The position numbers and the translations under genes were made by a program. Shown piece by piece: positions 39,009 to 48,012 of a DNA stretch of 64,000 nt. Source of the DNA: Solobacterium sp. (lineage in GTDB: Bacteria > Bacillota_I > Bacilli_A > Erysipelotrichales > Erysipelotrichaceae); assembly GCA_017432325.1 (NCBI GenBank), contig JAFRJJ010000072.1, forward strand, positions 2,117 through 66,116, in the 5' to 3' direction. How positions within the stretch are numbered: the first letter of the stretch is position 1; each line of letters starts with the position of its first letter. Under the pieces are notes generated by a model. That model saw only the letters and a program-made list of their open reading frames with translations, made no database searches and was not told the DNA's origin.

Positions 39009-40949
39009 ATGATACCTGAAAAATACCCGCATCTTTATTCATACGGAAAGATCGGCAAACTTGCGCTGAAAAACCGTATCGTCATGAGCCCGATGGGAAC
39101 ATTCTCGGAAAACCATGACGGCTCCGTTTCATCCAACCAGCTTGAATACTTCCGCGCAAGAGCACGCGGCGGTGTCGGCATGGTCATTACCGAAGTGCAG
39201 TATGTCACAAACAAGACAGACCCGTGGATCAACTACATTACAACAGCTGACACGGATGAGCAGATGAAAGGCTGGTCCACACTTGTGGAAGCGATGCATG
39301 CAGAAGGCGCAAAAGTATGTATCCAGCTTGGGTGCGGTCTGGGCAGAAACGCATTCCCGTTCTCGGATGACCAGATGGTTTCCGCTTCCGAAGTTCCGTC
39401 CTTCTATTTCCCGGACAGACTCTGCCGCGCGTTCACGATCGATGAGATCCATGACATGGTAGGCTGCTTCACAAGAGCTGCTGCCCGTGCAAAGCTGGCT
39501 GAAGCTGACGCTGTCGAGATCCATGCGCATGCCGGATACATTCTCGACCAGTTCATTACCCCGATCTGGAACAAGAGAACAGACGAATACGGCGGATCAT
39601 TTGAAAACCGTATGCGTATCTGCAAAGAGATCTATGAAGGCATCCGCTCACAGGTCGGACCTGATATGCCGATCCTGATGCGTATCGCTGCTACACATGA
39701 TTTCGAAGGCGGACGTACACTGGAAGAATCCATCGAAGTCATCAACTACATGCGTGACCTCGGCGTTGACGCATTTGATATCGACGTAGGCGCATATGAA
39801 GACAAGCAGTGGGTCTGCCCGTCCATTTACCAGGGTGACTCCAGCATGGCCGACTATGCCGCAAAGATCAAGGAAGCCTGCGGCGTCATCGTACTGAACT
39901 CCGGTACACATACACCTGAATCCGCTGAAAAAGCACTGGCAGACGGAAAGATCGACTTTGCAATGTTCGGACGCGCACTGATCGCTGATCCGGATATGCC
40001 CAATAAGATCCTCGAAGGCCATGAAGAAGATGTCAGACCGTGCCTGTTCTGCAACCAGATCTGTGTAGGCAGACTGTATCAGAACCGTGCGATCAGCTGT
40101 GCGATCAACCCGCAGGCTGTGCATGAAAAAGAATATATTCTCACTAAGACACAGAATCCCAAGAAGATCGCTGTCATCGGCGGCGGCCCCGGCGGACTGG
40201 AAGCTGCACGTGTTGCGGCTGCCCAGGGACATGATGTCACACTCTACGATAAGGGTGAAGAACTCGGCGGACAGCTGATCGCTGCATCCAGACCTGTATT
40301 CAAGAAGCACCTCCGTGAATTTGTTGAATACGAAAAGACACAGATCAAAAAGAACGGCGTAAAAGTCGTCCTCGGAAAAGAGATCACCCCGGATTCACCG
40401 GAACTGGCTGAAGCAGACCGTATCATCCTTGCGCTCGGTGCTGTTCCTTCCATTCCTCCGATCCCGGGAATCGACGGCGCAAATGTCGTTGAAGTATGCG
40501 ACGCACACCTGCATCCCGAAAAGATCAAGGGCGAAAAGATCGTTGTTGCCGGCGGCGGTGTCAGCGGATGCGAAGCTGCTCTCGATCTCGCTATGGAAGG
40601 CAAGGAAGTTACGATCGTAGAGATGCTGCCGGAACTCTGCCCGACGGCATTGCTGGACAACCGTAATCCTCTGCTGTTCCGTCTGCGCGACAACCATGTC
40701 AAGCAGCTGACTTCCACAAAGATCAAGCAGTTCACACCGGAAGGACTGATTGCTGAAGGACCTGACGGCGAACTCACGATCCCGGCAGACACAGTGATCG
40801 TTTCCTTCGGTATGAAACCGAACAACGGCATCGTTGAAGCGATCTGCAAGAAATATCCGACAACAGCAGTCGTTGGTGACTGCACAGGCGTTGCACAGGT
40901 AGGAGAAGCTGTCAGGGGCGGATTCTTCGCAGCCTGGGGCATCCACTGA
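39009..40949 (+). CDS. NADH:flavin oxidoreductase (OYE barrel + 4Fe-4S + FAD/NAD domain; 2-enoate reductase-like)
   Basis: KNRIVMSPM, QLGCGLGR, IHAHAGYILDQF, CLFCNQIC..C, GGGPGG. Confidence 0.88.
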   Translation: MIPEKYPHLYSYGKIGKLALKNRIVMSPMGTFSENHDGSVSSNQLEYFRARARGGVGMVITEVQYVTNKTDPWINYITTADTDEQMKGWSTLVEAMHAEGAKVCIQLGCGLGRNAFPFSDDQMVSASEVPSFYFPDRLCRAFTIDEIHDMVGCFTRAAARAKLAEADAVEIHAHAGYILDQFITPIWNKRTDEYGGSFENRMRICKEIYEGIRSQVGPDMPILMRIAATHDFEGGRTLEESIEVINYMRDLGVDAFDIDVGAYEDKQWVCPSIYQGDSSMADYAAKIKEACGVIVLNSGTHTPESAEKALADGKIDFAMFGRALIADPDMPNKILEGHEEDVRPCLFCNQICVGRLYQNRAISCAINPQAVHEKEYILTKTQNPKKIAVIGGGPGGLEAARVAAAQGHDVTLYDKGEELGGQLIAASRPVFKKHLREFVEYEKTQIKKNGVKVVLGKEITPDSPELAEADRIILALGAVPSIPPIPGIDGANVVEVCDAHLHPEKIKGEKIVVAGGGVSGCEAALDLAMEGKEVTIVEMLPELCPTALLDNRNPLLFRLRDNHVKQLTSTKIKQFTPEGLIAEGPDGELTIPADTVIVSFGMKPNNGIVEAICKKYPTTAVVGDCTGVAQVGEAVRGGFFAAWGIH

Positions 40950-40997
40950 TCATCAACCGGCCTCAATGTCATAACTGACATCTGATATGTACCTGCT

Positions 40998-41037
40998 GAA
41001 GTATCCCTTAAATGCGGAAGGGATACTTCTTTTTTTT
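40998..41037 (+). terminator. Intrinsic terminator
   Basis: GAAGTATCCCTT/AAGGGATACTTC followed by T8. Confidence 0.8.
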
Positions 41038-41173
41038 GCTGTCCGGAAAAATGTGTTCAGGAATATGTAAAAATTAAAGAAAAACGTGTGATATTAATAG
41101 TCAATATACAGGAAAAATGTGTAAATTAATAATCATCCGGTATTTAATGCCGGAAATACGGAAAGATAAGAAC

Positions 41174-42190
41174 ATGAAAAACAGAAAATGGATGATATAC
41201 CTTGTGTCCGCAGTATTGCTGTGCGGATGCGGGAAGAAAGAAGAAAAGGTGCCGATAGCTTCAGCTGAACCTTCGGTGATCTCGGCGGAAAGTACCGGGC
41301 CTGCCGTGCAGACCCCGGACACACTTGCGCCGGAATCACCGGTGCCTGAACCGGAAACGCCGGAGCCTGAACCGGAACTGATCACACTGGAGGAATTCCG
41401 CAAGTCCAATGAAGCTGTTGCCGGAACCAATCTGTTCGGTGTGCATATTCTGGAACTGAACGGTGAGGACAAACATATTTACGGTCAGCTCTATTTGCCG
41501 ACTGAGGACAAAGAGAGTTATCCGCTTGTGATCATTTCACACGGGATCCAGGGAAGCTACTATGATCTGATCGATCAGGCAGGCAAATGCGTGGATGCGG
41601 GACTGGCAGCCTATATATTTGACTACTGCGGAGGATCGACTTATTCGAGAAGCAGCGGGGACATTACCGATATGTCTGTACTGACCGAGTGTGATGATCT
41701 GGAATTTGTCCTGAACGAATTATGGCAGTACGGCTTCATGGATCGTGGAAATACATACCTGATGGGAGAAAGCCAGGGAGGCATGGTCTCCGCACTGCTT
41801 GCGGCTGAGCGGCCGCAGGACATTGCCGGCATGGTACTGCTGTATCCGGCTTTCAACATCCCGGACATGGCAAGAGAAGTCTATGTGGACGGACAGATAC
41901 CGGAAGATCTCCGGGCCTTCAATGTCCCGGTCGGACACCGGTATTTCACAGATGTCCTGTATATGGATGCCTATGAGGCGATCAGGGGATATGTTGGAAA
42001 CGTGCTGATCATACATGGATCCGATGATCAGATCGTACCGCTGTCATATTCACAGCTTGCAATGGATGTCTACACCAATGCCGAACTGGAAGTTATACCG
42101 GGAGCCGGACACGGCTTCCAGGGTGACCTGAGAGCACAGACATTCGAAAGAGCCGCAGCTTTTATCAGGGAACTGGCTGACAGGCAGTAA
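41174..42190 (+). CDS. Lipoprotein alpha/beta hydrolase (esterase/peptidase)
   Basis: Lipobox LCGC, Pro/Glu linker, ISHG, GESQG, HGSDD, GHG. Confidence 0.85.
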   Translation: MKNRKWMIYLVSAVLLCGCGKKEEKVPIASAEPSVISAESTGPAVQTPDTLAPESPVPEPETPEPEPELITLEEFRKSNEAVAGTNLFGVHILELNGEDKHIYGQLYLPTEDKESYPLVIISHGIQGSYYDLIDQAGKCVDAGLAAYIFDYCGGSTYSRSSGDITDMSVLTECDDLEFVLNELWQYGFMDRGNTYLMGESQGGMVSALLAAERPQDIAGMVLLYPAFNIPDMAREVYVDGQIPEDLRAFNVPVGHRYFTDVLYMDAYEAIRGYVGNVLIIHGSDDQIVPLSYSQLAMDVYTNAELEVIPGAGHGFQGDLRAQTFERAAAFIRELADRQ

Positions 42191-42230
42191 AAACAGATGA
42201 CCGATGGTTTTTGAACCACCGGCCATTTTC

Positions 42231-42902
42231 TTACCAGATAAACGGGATCAGACGGTATCTGATCCGCTGTTTGTATTCTTTGTATCCTTCCAGTCCTTTT
42301 TCCAGGACCTCTTCTTCATTGCGGATACGCTTTGCAATGATCGGAAGATAGACCAGTGAGATCAGAAAAGAAATAACTGATCCGAGCACCAGAGGCATGG
42401 ACAGGAAGAGCAGCACGGTAGCCAGATACATGGGGTGACGCACCACGCCGTATAATCCGGTATCGATCACTTTCTGGTTTTCCTGTACTTCGACGGTACG
42501 GGAGAGGTATTCGTTCTCGCGGAGCACTTCAGCAAACAGTACATATCCGAGCAGGAAGACGGCAGCAGCGATGAGACTTCCTGTATAGGGGATCATCAGG
42601 CAACTGAACCTGAAAGAAAGACCTGCAGATACAAACATGGCGATGAACATGAGCGCGCTGTACAGGATCACGGACTTCTGTTCCGATTCGTTTTCCTTCC
42701 TGCTGAGACGTTTCTTCAGCAGTTCCGGGCTTTTGATCATCATGACCACGCCTGCTATGAACATCGGAATGAACAATATGCCAAGCAGCAGCCAGGCCTG
42801 TCTGTATTCAAAGGTTCCTGCCGGTATAAAAGTCAGGATCATGAGTGCTGCGATACCTGAGAAATACCTGATCAGGGCGGCGATAAACAGTTGTTTTGTC
42901 AT
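42231..42902 (-). CDS. Isoprenylcysteine carboxyl methyltransferase / PEMT family membrane protein
   Basis: GLYGVVRHPMY, EEEVL, YRLIPFIW. Confidence 0.88.
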   Translation of the reverse strand: MTKQLFIAALIRYFSGIAALMILTFIPAGTFEYRQAWLLLGILFIPMFIAGVVMMIKSPELLKKRLSRKENESEQKSVILYSALMFIAMFVSAGLSFRFSCLMIPYTGSLIAAAVFLLGYVLFAEVLRENEYLSRTVEVQENQKVIDTGLYGVVRHPMYLATVLLFLSMPLVLGSVISFLISLVYLPIIAKRIRNEEEVLEKGLEGYKEYKQRIRYRLIPFIW

Positions 42903-43720
42903 TGTTGTTTGTCCTTCAGTGTTTCCGCAAAGTTCCTGATGATCAGGTTCACTTCTTCCGGCTTGTCTGTGTTCGCGTTATGACCGGCATTTTTGATCCA
43001 CATCATAGGCAGGCCTTCTTTCTTGGACCAGCGTTTGTTGTAGTTCTTTGCGGATCCTGCCTGGTCCTTCTCACCGCAGATCAGTACTGCCGGACAGTCA
43101 ATGACGTAGGGCAGATCGGCTTCCATGGCATCCGCTAGCATGATGAATCCATGGCCTGCCAGTCTGCAGTATTCATCCTTCTCATAGGTATCGATAAAGT
43201 GCCGCATCAATGTTTTGCCGTATTCCGTTTCCGCAACACCGTCTGCTCCGATCTTTTTCAAAAGCTTCCAGGGGAATGCACGGTACATCGGTTCCGTGCG
43301 CTTCAGCATCCAGATCTCGGCACCGGTGACATAGCAGCGCTTCAGGGGTGCCGAGTCAATGGAGATAAAGCCTGCTGCTTCACCGGGGTATTTCTGCAGG
43401 AAGCACTGGGATACGTAACCGCCCATGGACTGTCCGATCAGGATGGGACGTGTGATCTGTTCCCTTTCCAGGATCTCATGGAGCCATGTGGATTTATCCA
43501 TCAGGGTAAAGTTCAACTCAAAGGGACGTGATTCCGCATGCCCGGGGGCATCCCATGTAAAGACGTTGTATTCCGGTTCAAATGCTTCGACCTGTTTGTC
43601 GAACAGATGATGGTCTGCTGTCAGCCCCGGCAGCATCACCAGTGTTGTTCTGTCCGGTCTGATATCGTTGATCCAGTAATGGATGTTTCCGGAGGCTGTT
43701 TCGTAGACGTGTTCTTTCAT
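42899..43720 (-). CDS. Alpha/beta hydrolase
   Basis: WDAPGHA, GQSMGG, GEKD, GHNAN. Confidence 0.88.
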   Translation of the reverse strand: MKEHVYETASGNIHYWINDIRPDRTTLVMLPGLTADHHLFDKQVEAFEPEYNVFTWDAPGHAESRPFELNFTLMDKSTWLHEILEREQITRPILIGQSMGGYVSQCFLQKYPGEAAGFISIDSAPLKRCYVTGAEIWMLKRTEPMYRAFPWKLLKKIGADGVAETEYGKTLMRHFIDTYEKDEYCRLAGHGFIMLADAMEADLPYVIDCPAVLICGEKDQAGSAKNYNKRWSKKEGLPMMWIKNAGHNANTDKPEEVNLIIRNFAETLKDKQQ

Positions 43721-44346
43721 TTTTCGTCAGCTCCTTTCGGCTTTCTCATATAAATGGCTTTCCAGAAATCGATCAGTTTCCGGAAGTCCTGTTCCATTTC
43801 AGTGACATCGATGTTTCCGCTCTGCATCTTCTCCCAAAGATATCCTTCGGAAGCCAGGTACATTTCCCGGTACATCAGGTCAAGATCGATGCCCGGCAGA
43901 AAATCATCCGGATCCAGTGCCGCGAGTTTGGCTGCCGCATGGATCTGCAGGTAATGGTTCATGATCTTGTGGACCTCATCCCGTACCTCGGGATCTTTTT
44001 CGTAGAATGCCCTGATGGAAAACATCCCGATATCCGGATATTTCCGCATGAGTTCCAGCTTGACCTGCATGCCTTTTTCCATACTGTCAAACAGATCAGC
44101 CTGTTCATAGCACCCGTTCTTTTCCATTTCCTCCACGGTGATCCGGGCACTGGTATCCCAAAGGAACAGATACAGTTCTTTTTTATTGGTGAAATAGTGG
44201 AACAGAAGGGATTTGCTGATGCCTGCGGTTTCCGCGATCTCACTCATCGGGCTCTTTTTATATGAATTCTGCGAGAAAACATGGAAGCCTGCGTTGATCA
44301 CAGCCTGCTGTTTCTCGATCGGAAGATTGTAAAACTTCGGGTTCAT
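43717..44346 (-). CDS. TetR/AcrR family regulator
   Basis: SEIAETAGISKSLLFHYF. Confidence 0.92.
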   Translation of the reverse strand: MNPKFYNLPIEKQQAVINAGFHVFSQNSYKKSPMSEIAETAGISKSLLFHYFTNKKELYLFLWDTSARITVEEMEKNGCYEQADLFDSMEKGMQVKLELMRKYPDIGMFSIRAFYEKDPEVRDEVHKIMNHYLQIHAAAKLAALDPDDFLPGIDLDLMYREMYLASEGYLWEKMQSGNIDVTEMEQDFRKLIDFWKAIYMRKPKGADEK

Positions 44347-44358
44347 AGCGCTCCTCTG

Positions 44359-44375
44359 TTAACCGCTGCGGTCAA
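44359..44375. promoter_or_regulatory. Putative TetR operator
   Basis: TTAACCG-CTG-CGGTCAA near-palindrome just upstream of the tetR RBS; extra TTGACCG half-site at 44392. Confidence 0.55.
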
Positions 44376-44538
44376 TACAAACATAACCCCGTTGACCGTT
44401 TCTGAGAAGGCCCTCCGGAAAAAAGATGTATTCAAAGCGCAATTCTGTTATTTTTTTCACGAATGCGGTAAAATATGGGCAGATCTTCCCGTACATGGGA
44501 ACTATGATTCCAGCAAAACAGAAGAAAAGGAGAAAAAT

Positions 44539-45684
44539 ATGGCAGTTAATCGTTTTGTTTTGAACGGCATTTCTTATCATGGACACGGTGCGATCAATGA
44601 GATCCCCGGCATCATCAAGGCAAGAGGACTCAAAAAAGCATTCGTTGCTTCAGACCCTGATCTGATCAAGTTCGGCGTTACAGCAAAAGTAACAGATCTG
44701 CTTGAACAGAACGGCATCCCGTTTGCACTGTATTCCGACATCAAACCGAATCCCACAATTGAAAACGTACAGAACGGCGTAAAAGCATATCAGGAGTCAG
44801 GTGCTGATTTCATGATCACGATCGGCGGCGGTTCCTCCATGGATACAGGCAAGGGCATCGGCATCATCGTCAACAACCCTGAATTCGCTGACGTCCGTTC
44901 CCTGGAAGGCGTTGCGCCTACAAAGAACCGTACAGTATTCACGATCGCTGTTCCGACAACAGGCGGCACAGGTGCTGAATCCACGATCAACTACGTCATC
45001 ACAGACGTAGAGCGCAAGCGTAAGTTCGTATGCGTCGACCCCAACGATATTCCCGATATCGCTGTCGTTGACCCGGATATGATGAGCTCCATGCCGAAAG
45101 GCCTCACAGCATCCACAGGTATGGATGCCCTGACACATGCGATCGAAGGCTACACAACAGGCGCCGCATGGGAACTCTCCGATACACTGAACCTTGAAGC
45201 GATCAAACTCATCGGAAAGAACCTCCGCAAGGCTGTCCAGAACGATCCTGACGGACGTGAAGGCATGGCACTGGCACAGTATGTAACAGCTATGGCTTAT
45301 TCCAACGTCGGTCTTGGTATCGCGCATTCCATGGCTCACACACTCGGCGCAGTATATGACACGCCGCACGGTGTCGCATGCGCAATGATGCTGCCGATCG
45401 TTATGGAATTCAATGCTGAATACACAGGCGAAAAGTTCAAGGAGATCGCTGAAGCACTCGGTGTTGATACAACAGGCATGGATCAGGCAGCTTACCGCAA
45501 GGCAGCTGTTGACGCAGTCCGTCAGATGTCCATTGATGTAGGTATCCCGACAAAGCTCGAAAAGCTGAAGGAAGAAGACCTCCCGTTCCTCTGCGAGTCC
45601 GCTGCAGCTGATGCATGCGCACCCGGCAACCCGAGACATGCCTCCCTCGAAGAATTCGAAGCAATGTTCCGCAAACTGATGTAA
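44539..45684 (+). CDS. fucO: Lactaldehyde reductase (iron-containing alcohol dehydrogenase)
   Basis: GGGSSMD, GMDALTHAIEG, HSMAH, HG; MAVNRFVLNG start matches FucO. Confidence 0.85.
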   Translation: MAVNRFVLNGISYHGHGAINEIPGIIKARGLKKAFVASDPDLIKFGVTAKVTDLLEQNGIPFALYSDIKPNPTIENVQNGVKAYQESGADFMITIGGGSSMDTGKGIGIIVNNPEFADVRSLEGVAPTKNRTVFTIAVPTTGGTGAESTINYVITDVERKRKFVCVDPNDIPDIAVVDPDMMSSMPKGLTASTGMDALTHAIEGYTTGAAWELSDTLNLEAIKLIGKNLRKAVQNDPDGREGMALAQYVTAMAYSNVGLGIAHSMAHTLGAVYDTPHGVACAMMLPIVMEFNAEYTGEKFKEIAEALGVDTTGMDQAAYRKAAVDAVRQMSIDVGIPTKLEKLKEEDLPFLCESAAADACAPGNPRHASLEEFEAMFRKLM

Positions 45685-45711
45685 TCAAACAGTAATTGTT
45701 GTTAATCCTGC

Positions 45712-45755
45712 TTCCCGGGAACGAAAGTTCCCGGGAATTTTATCTTTCCCGGGAA
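45712..45755. repeat. Three copies of the palindrome TTCCCGGGAA; copies 1+2 form a terminator-like hairpin
   Basis: Copies at 45712, 45728, 45746. Confidence 0.75.
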
Positions 45756-45770
45756 ATAACGTTTTATAAA

Positions 45771-46862
45771 TTATGAGCCTTCATTTCCGGCCAGATACCA
45801 TGCGATCAGGTAATCGGTGACTTCCCCATAGGAACGTATCCCGCTTTCCTGTGAGAATGTCTTCAGATAAGTATCGTTGATATGGTCGCTGACATCCTGC
45901 AGAGGGGAGTCATATTTGCTGTATGCCTTGCGGGTATCCTGACGGTCGAGCTGTACCAGCCGGATGCCTTCCAGGTCATCATAAAGATGGTACAATTGGG
46001 CAGCCTTGTCATAGTCTGCGGAGTATAGCGAGGAATAACAGTATGCAAATGCCTCGTAATACCCGCTGTAAAGAAAGTACAGATCGGTGCTTGCCCGGCA
46101 GGCAAGGAATGCGCAGAAGTTGGCTTCCTGTTCACTGGCAATACCAAGCCTGTGCGCTGCTTCATGACACATGGTGAAAGGGAGCGGGATGGTCGGGACA
46201 TTGGCGGGAACGGATGCTTCTGCGGTGATGGGCATAAACATGCCGGTGATGCCGTTGTACAGGAGATACTCCCCGATCAGCGTGAAACGCTTGACCGGAA
46301 CAGAGGATCCTTTGAAGACGGGATATTGTTCCGCAAGAGGGAGATAGGAAGCACCTGCAGTGTTTCCGGTCTCATTCAGGTCATGTTTCAGAGCATGATC
46401 GTCAGTGTCACGGTCGATCTGTTCGGCATATTCCGCGGCTTTCAGATAATAGTATTCTGTGGCTTCATACAGTTCTTCTTTTGTATACCGGCTGACTTCC
46501 AGTGATATTTCCTTTGACAGCTTCGGGGCGTAATGATTGCCGAGCCATCCCTGAAAAGCGGAAAAAGCCAGGATGGAAACGACCAGAAGTGAAATGCTGA
46601 GCACATGCAGAAAACCTTTTTTCTTTATGATGCAGCGGATCAGGAAGTAAATGAACAGCAGAACAAGGCAAAGCGCTCCAACGTCCCATACCGAGTGATG
46701 TGTAAATGACAGCAGGTATGCGATCAGTGCCAGCCATTTCTTTGAGAACAGGCGGTAGCCCGGAAAAAAGAAATCCGGGTAACGGTGGATCAGAACCATT
46801 TCCAGAATACCGGATACAAGGATGATCATGGCTGCCAGCAGTCTGCGTACATCTTTTTTCAT
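45771..46862 (-). CDS. DUF3810 family membrane protein (putative zincin)
   Basis: N-terminal TMs, CHEAAH (HExxH), EQEANF. Confidence 0.82.
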   Translation of the reverse strand: MKKDVRRLLAAMIILVSGILEMVLIHRYPDFFFPGYRLFSKKWLALIAYLLSFTHHSVWDVGALCLVLLFIYFLIRCIIKKKGFLHVLSISLLVVSILAFSAFQGWLGNHYAPKLSKEISLEVSRYTKEELYEATEYYYLKAAEYAEQIDRDTDDHALKHDLNETGNTAGASYLPLAEQYPVFKGSSVPVKRFTLIGEYLLYNGITGMFMPITAEASVPANVPTIPLPFTMCHEAAHRLGIASEQEANFCAFLACRASTDLYFLYSGYYEAFAYCYSSLYSADYDKAAQLYHLYDDLEGIRLVQLDRQDTRKAYSKYDSPLQDVSDHINDTYLKTFSQESGIRSYGEVTDYLIAWYLAGNEGS

Positions 46863-47000
46863 GCACTTATTATATCTTTGAACAACGGTGCAGTCATATC
46901 AAACAGGTATGGATGATATGAAAGATCGAAATCTTAATGAAAATGATATTGGGCAGTTATTTTCCGGTGAAACTAATAAGCAGTTGGAAAATTAAATAAA

Positions 47001-47028
47001 AGCCTCTGCTGATCATCAAGCAGAGGCT
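47001..47028 (-). terminator. Terminator of the tRNA pair
   Basis: AGCCTCTGCT/AGCAGAGGCT, with a T-run on the minus strand. Confidence 0.7.
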
Positions 47029-47033
47029 GTGTC

Positions 47034-47107
47034 TCGGGATGACAGGATTTGAACCTGCGACACCATCGTCCCTAACGATGTGCGCTACCAAGCTGCGCTA
47101 CATCCCG
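47034..47107 (-). tRNA. tRNA-Pro, anticodon AGG (CCA not encoded)
   Basis: Minus strand: CGGGATG TA GCGC AGCTTGGTA GCGC A CATCG TTAGGGA CGATG GTGTC GCAGG TTCAAAT CCTGT CATCCCG A. Confidence 0.92.
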
Positions 47108-47120
47108 GTGATATAAAATA

Positions 47121-47195
47121 TGGCACCCCCAGTAGGAATCGAACCTGCAACTAACCCTTAGGAGGGGTTTGTAATATCCTTTTTACTATGGGGGC
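47121..47195 (-). tRNA. tRNA-Arg, anticodon CCT
   Basis: GCCCCCA..AACCC CTCCTAA GGGTT..GCAGG TTCGATT CCTAC TGGGGGT G CCA; one C.A mismatch in the T-stem. Confidence 0.9.
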
Positions 47196-47296
47196 ATGTG
47201 CTCAATTATTATACAGTAATTTCCGGAAAAAGATAGAGAAAAAGAAATTTTTTTCAAAACAGAATATTTTTCTGCCTGATAGGTTATAGTTTCTGT

Positions 47297-47953
47297 ATGG
47301 CAAAAGAGATCAGAAAAAAGATAAATAAACCTGCTGAACCAAGATTCAGCGAAGAACCGGCTGATGCAAAGCTGTCAGATACAGGCAGACAGATCCGAAT
47401 CGAAAACCAGAAGTTCGAAGATGAAACGTGTGAGAGATCACTGAATATGAAAGAGTTCTATGAATGTACATTTCGTAATGTGAGATTCACAAAGGATATG
47501 AAGAACTGTCTGTTTGCGGACGCGGTCTTTGATCATTGTGATTTCAGCAACATCAATATGAACAATACGGTATTCCGCAGGGTGCAGATCAGGACATGCA
47601 GGATGATGGGTACAGAACTGACTGCTGCAGTGATGCAGGACACGGTCATGGAAGGCTGCCAGGGAAGCTACCTGAATCTGAACGGCAGTAAGATGAAGCG
47701 CGTCATCCTGAAGGATATGATCCTGGAACAGGCGGGAATGTCGATGGTCGAGCATTCAGACGTCAGTATAGAGAACTGTAATTTCACAAAATCAGAATGG
47801 ATCGATACAAAGATGAACGGACTGGACTTATCAGACAGTCAGGTAGACGGGATCATGGTAGATCCGGAAAATCTGCGCGGATTGACCGTCAACGAAGAGC
47901 AGGCAGTGGCATTTGCTGAATTATTGGGTCTGAATGTAAGAAAACTTTTCTAA
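47297..47953 (+). CDS. Pentapeptide repeat protein
   Basis: Repeats such as ECTFRNVRF, FADAVFDHCDFSN, MDGLDLSDS-like segments. Confidence 0.85.
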   Translation: MAKEIRKKINKPAEPRFSEEPADAKLSDTGRQIRIENQKFEDETCERSLNMKEFYECTFRNVRFTKDMKNCLFADAVFDHCDFSNINMNNTVFRRVQIRTCRMMGTELTAAVMQDTVMEGCQGSYLNLNGSKMKRVILKDMILEQAGMSMVEHSDVSIENCNFTKSEWIDTKMNGLDLSDSQVDGIMVDPENLRGLTVNEEQAVAFAELLGLNVRKLF

Positions 47954-48012
47954 TTTTCACTGTTCTTTCACAATTCACGCATATTTATAACACAGCTTTT
48001 CAGTATTATTGA

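Noticed and set aside
47297-47953. Pentapeptide protein as a Qnr-type quinolone resistance gene
   Set aside because: Generic chromosomal pentapeptide repeats; no Qnr-specific features identifiable and no mobile context.
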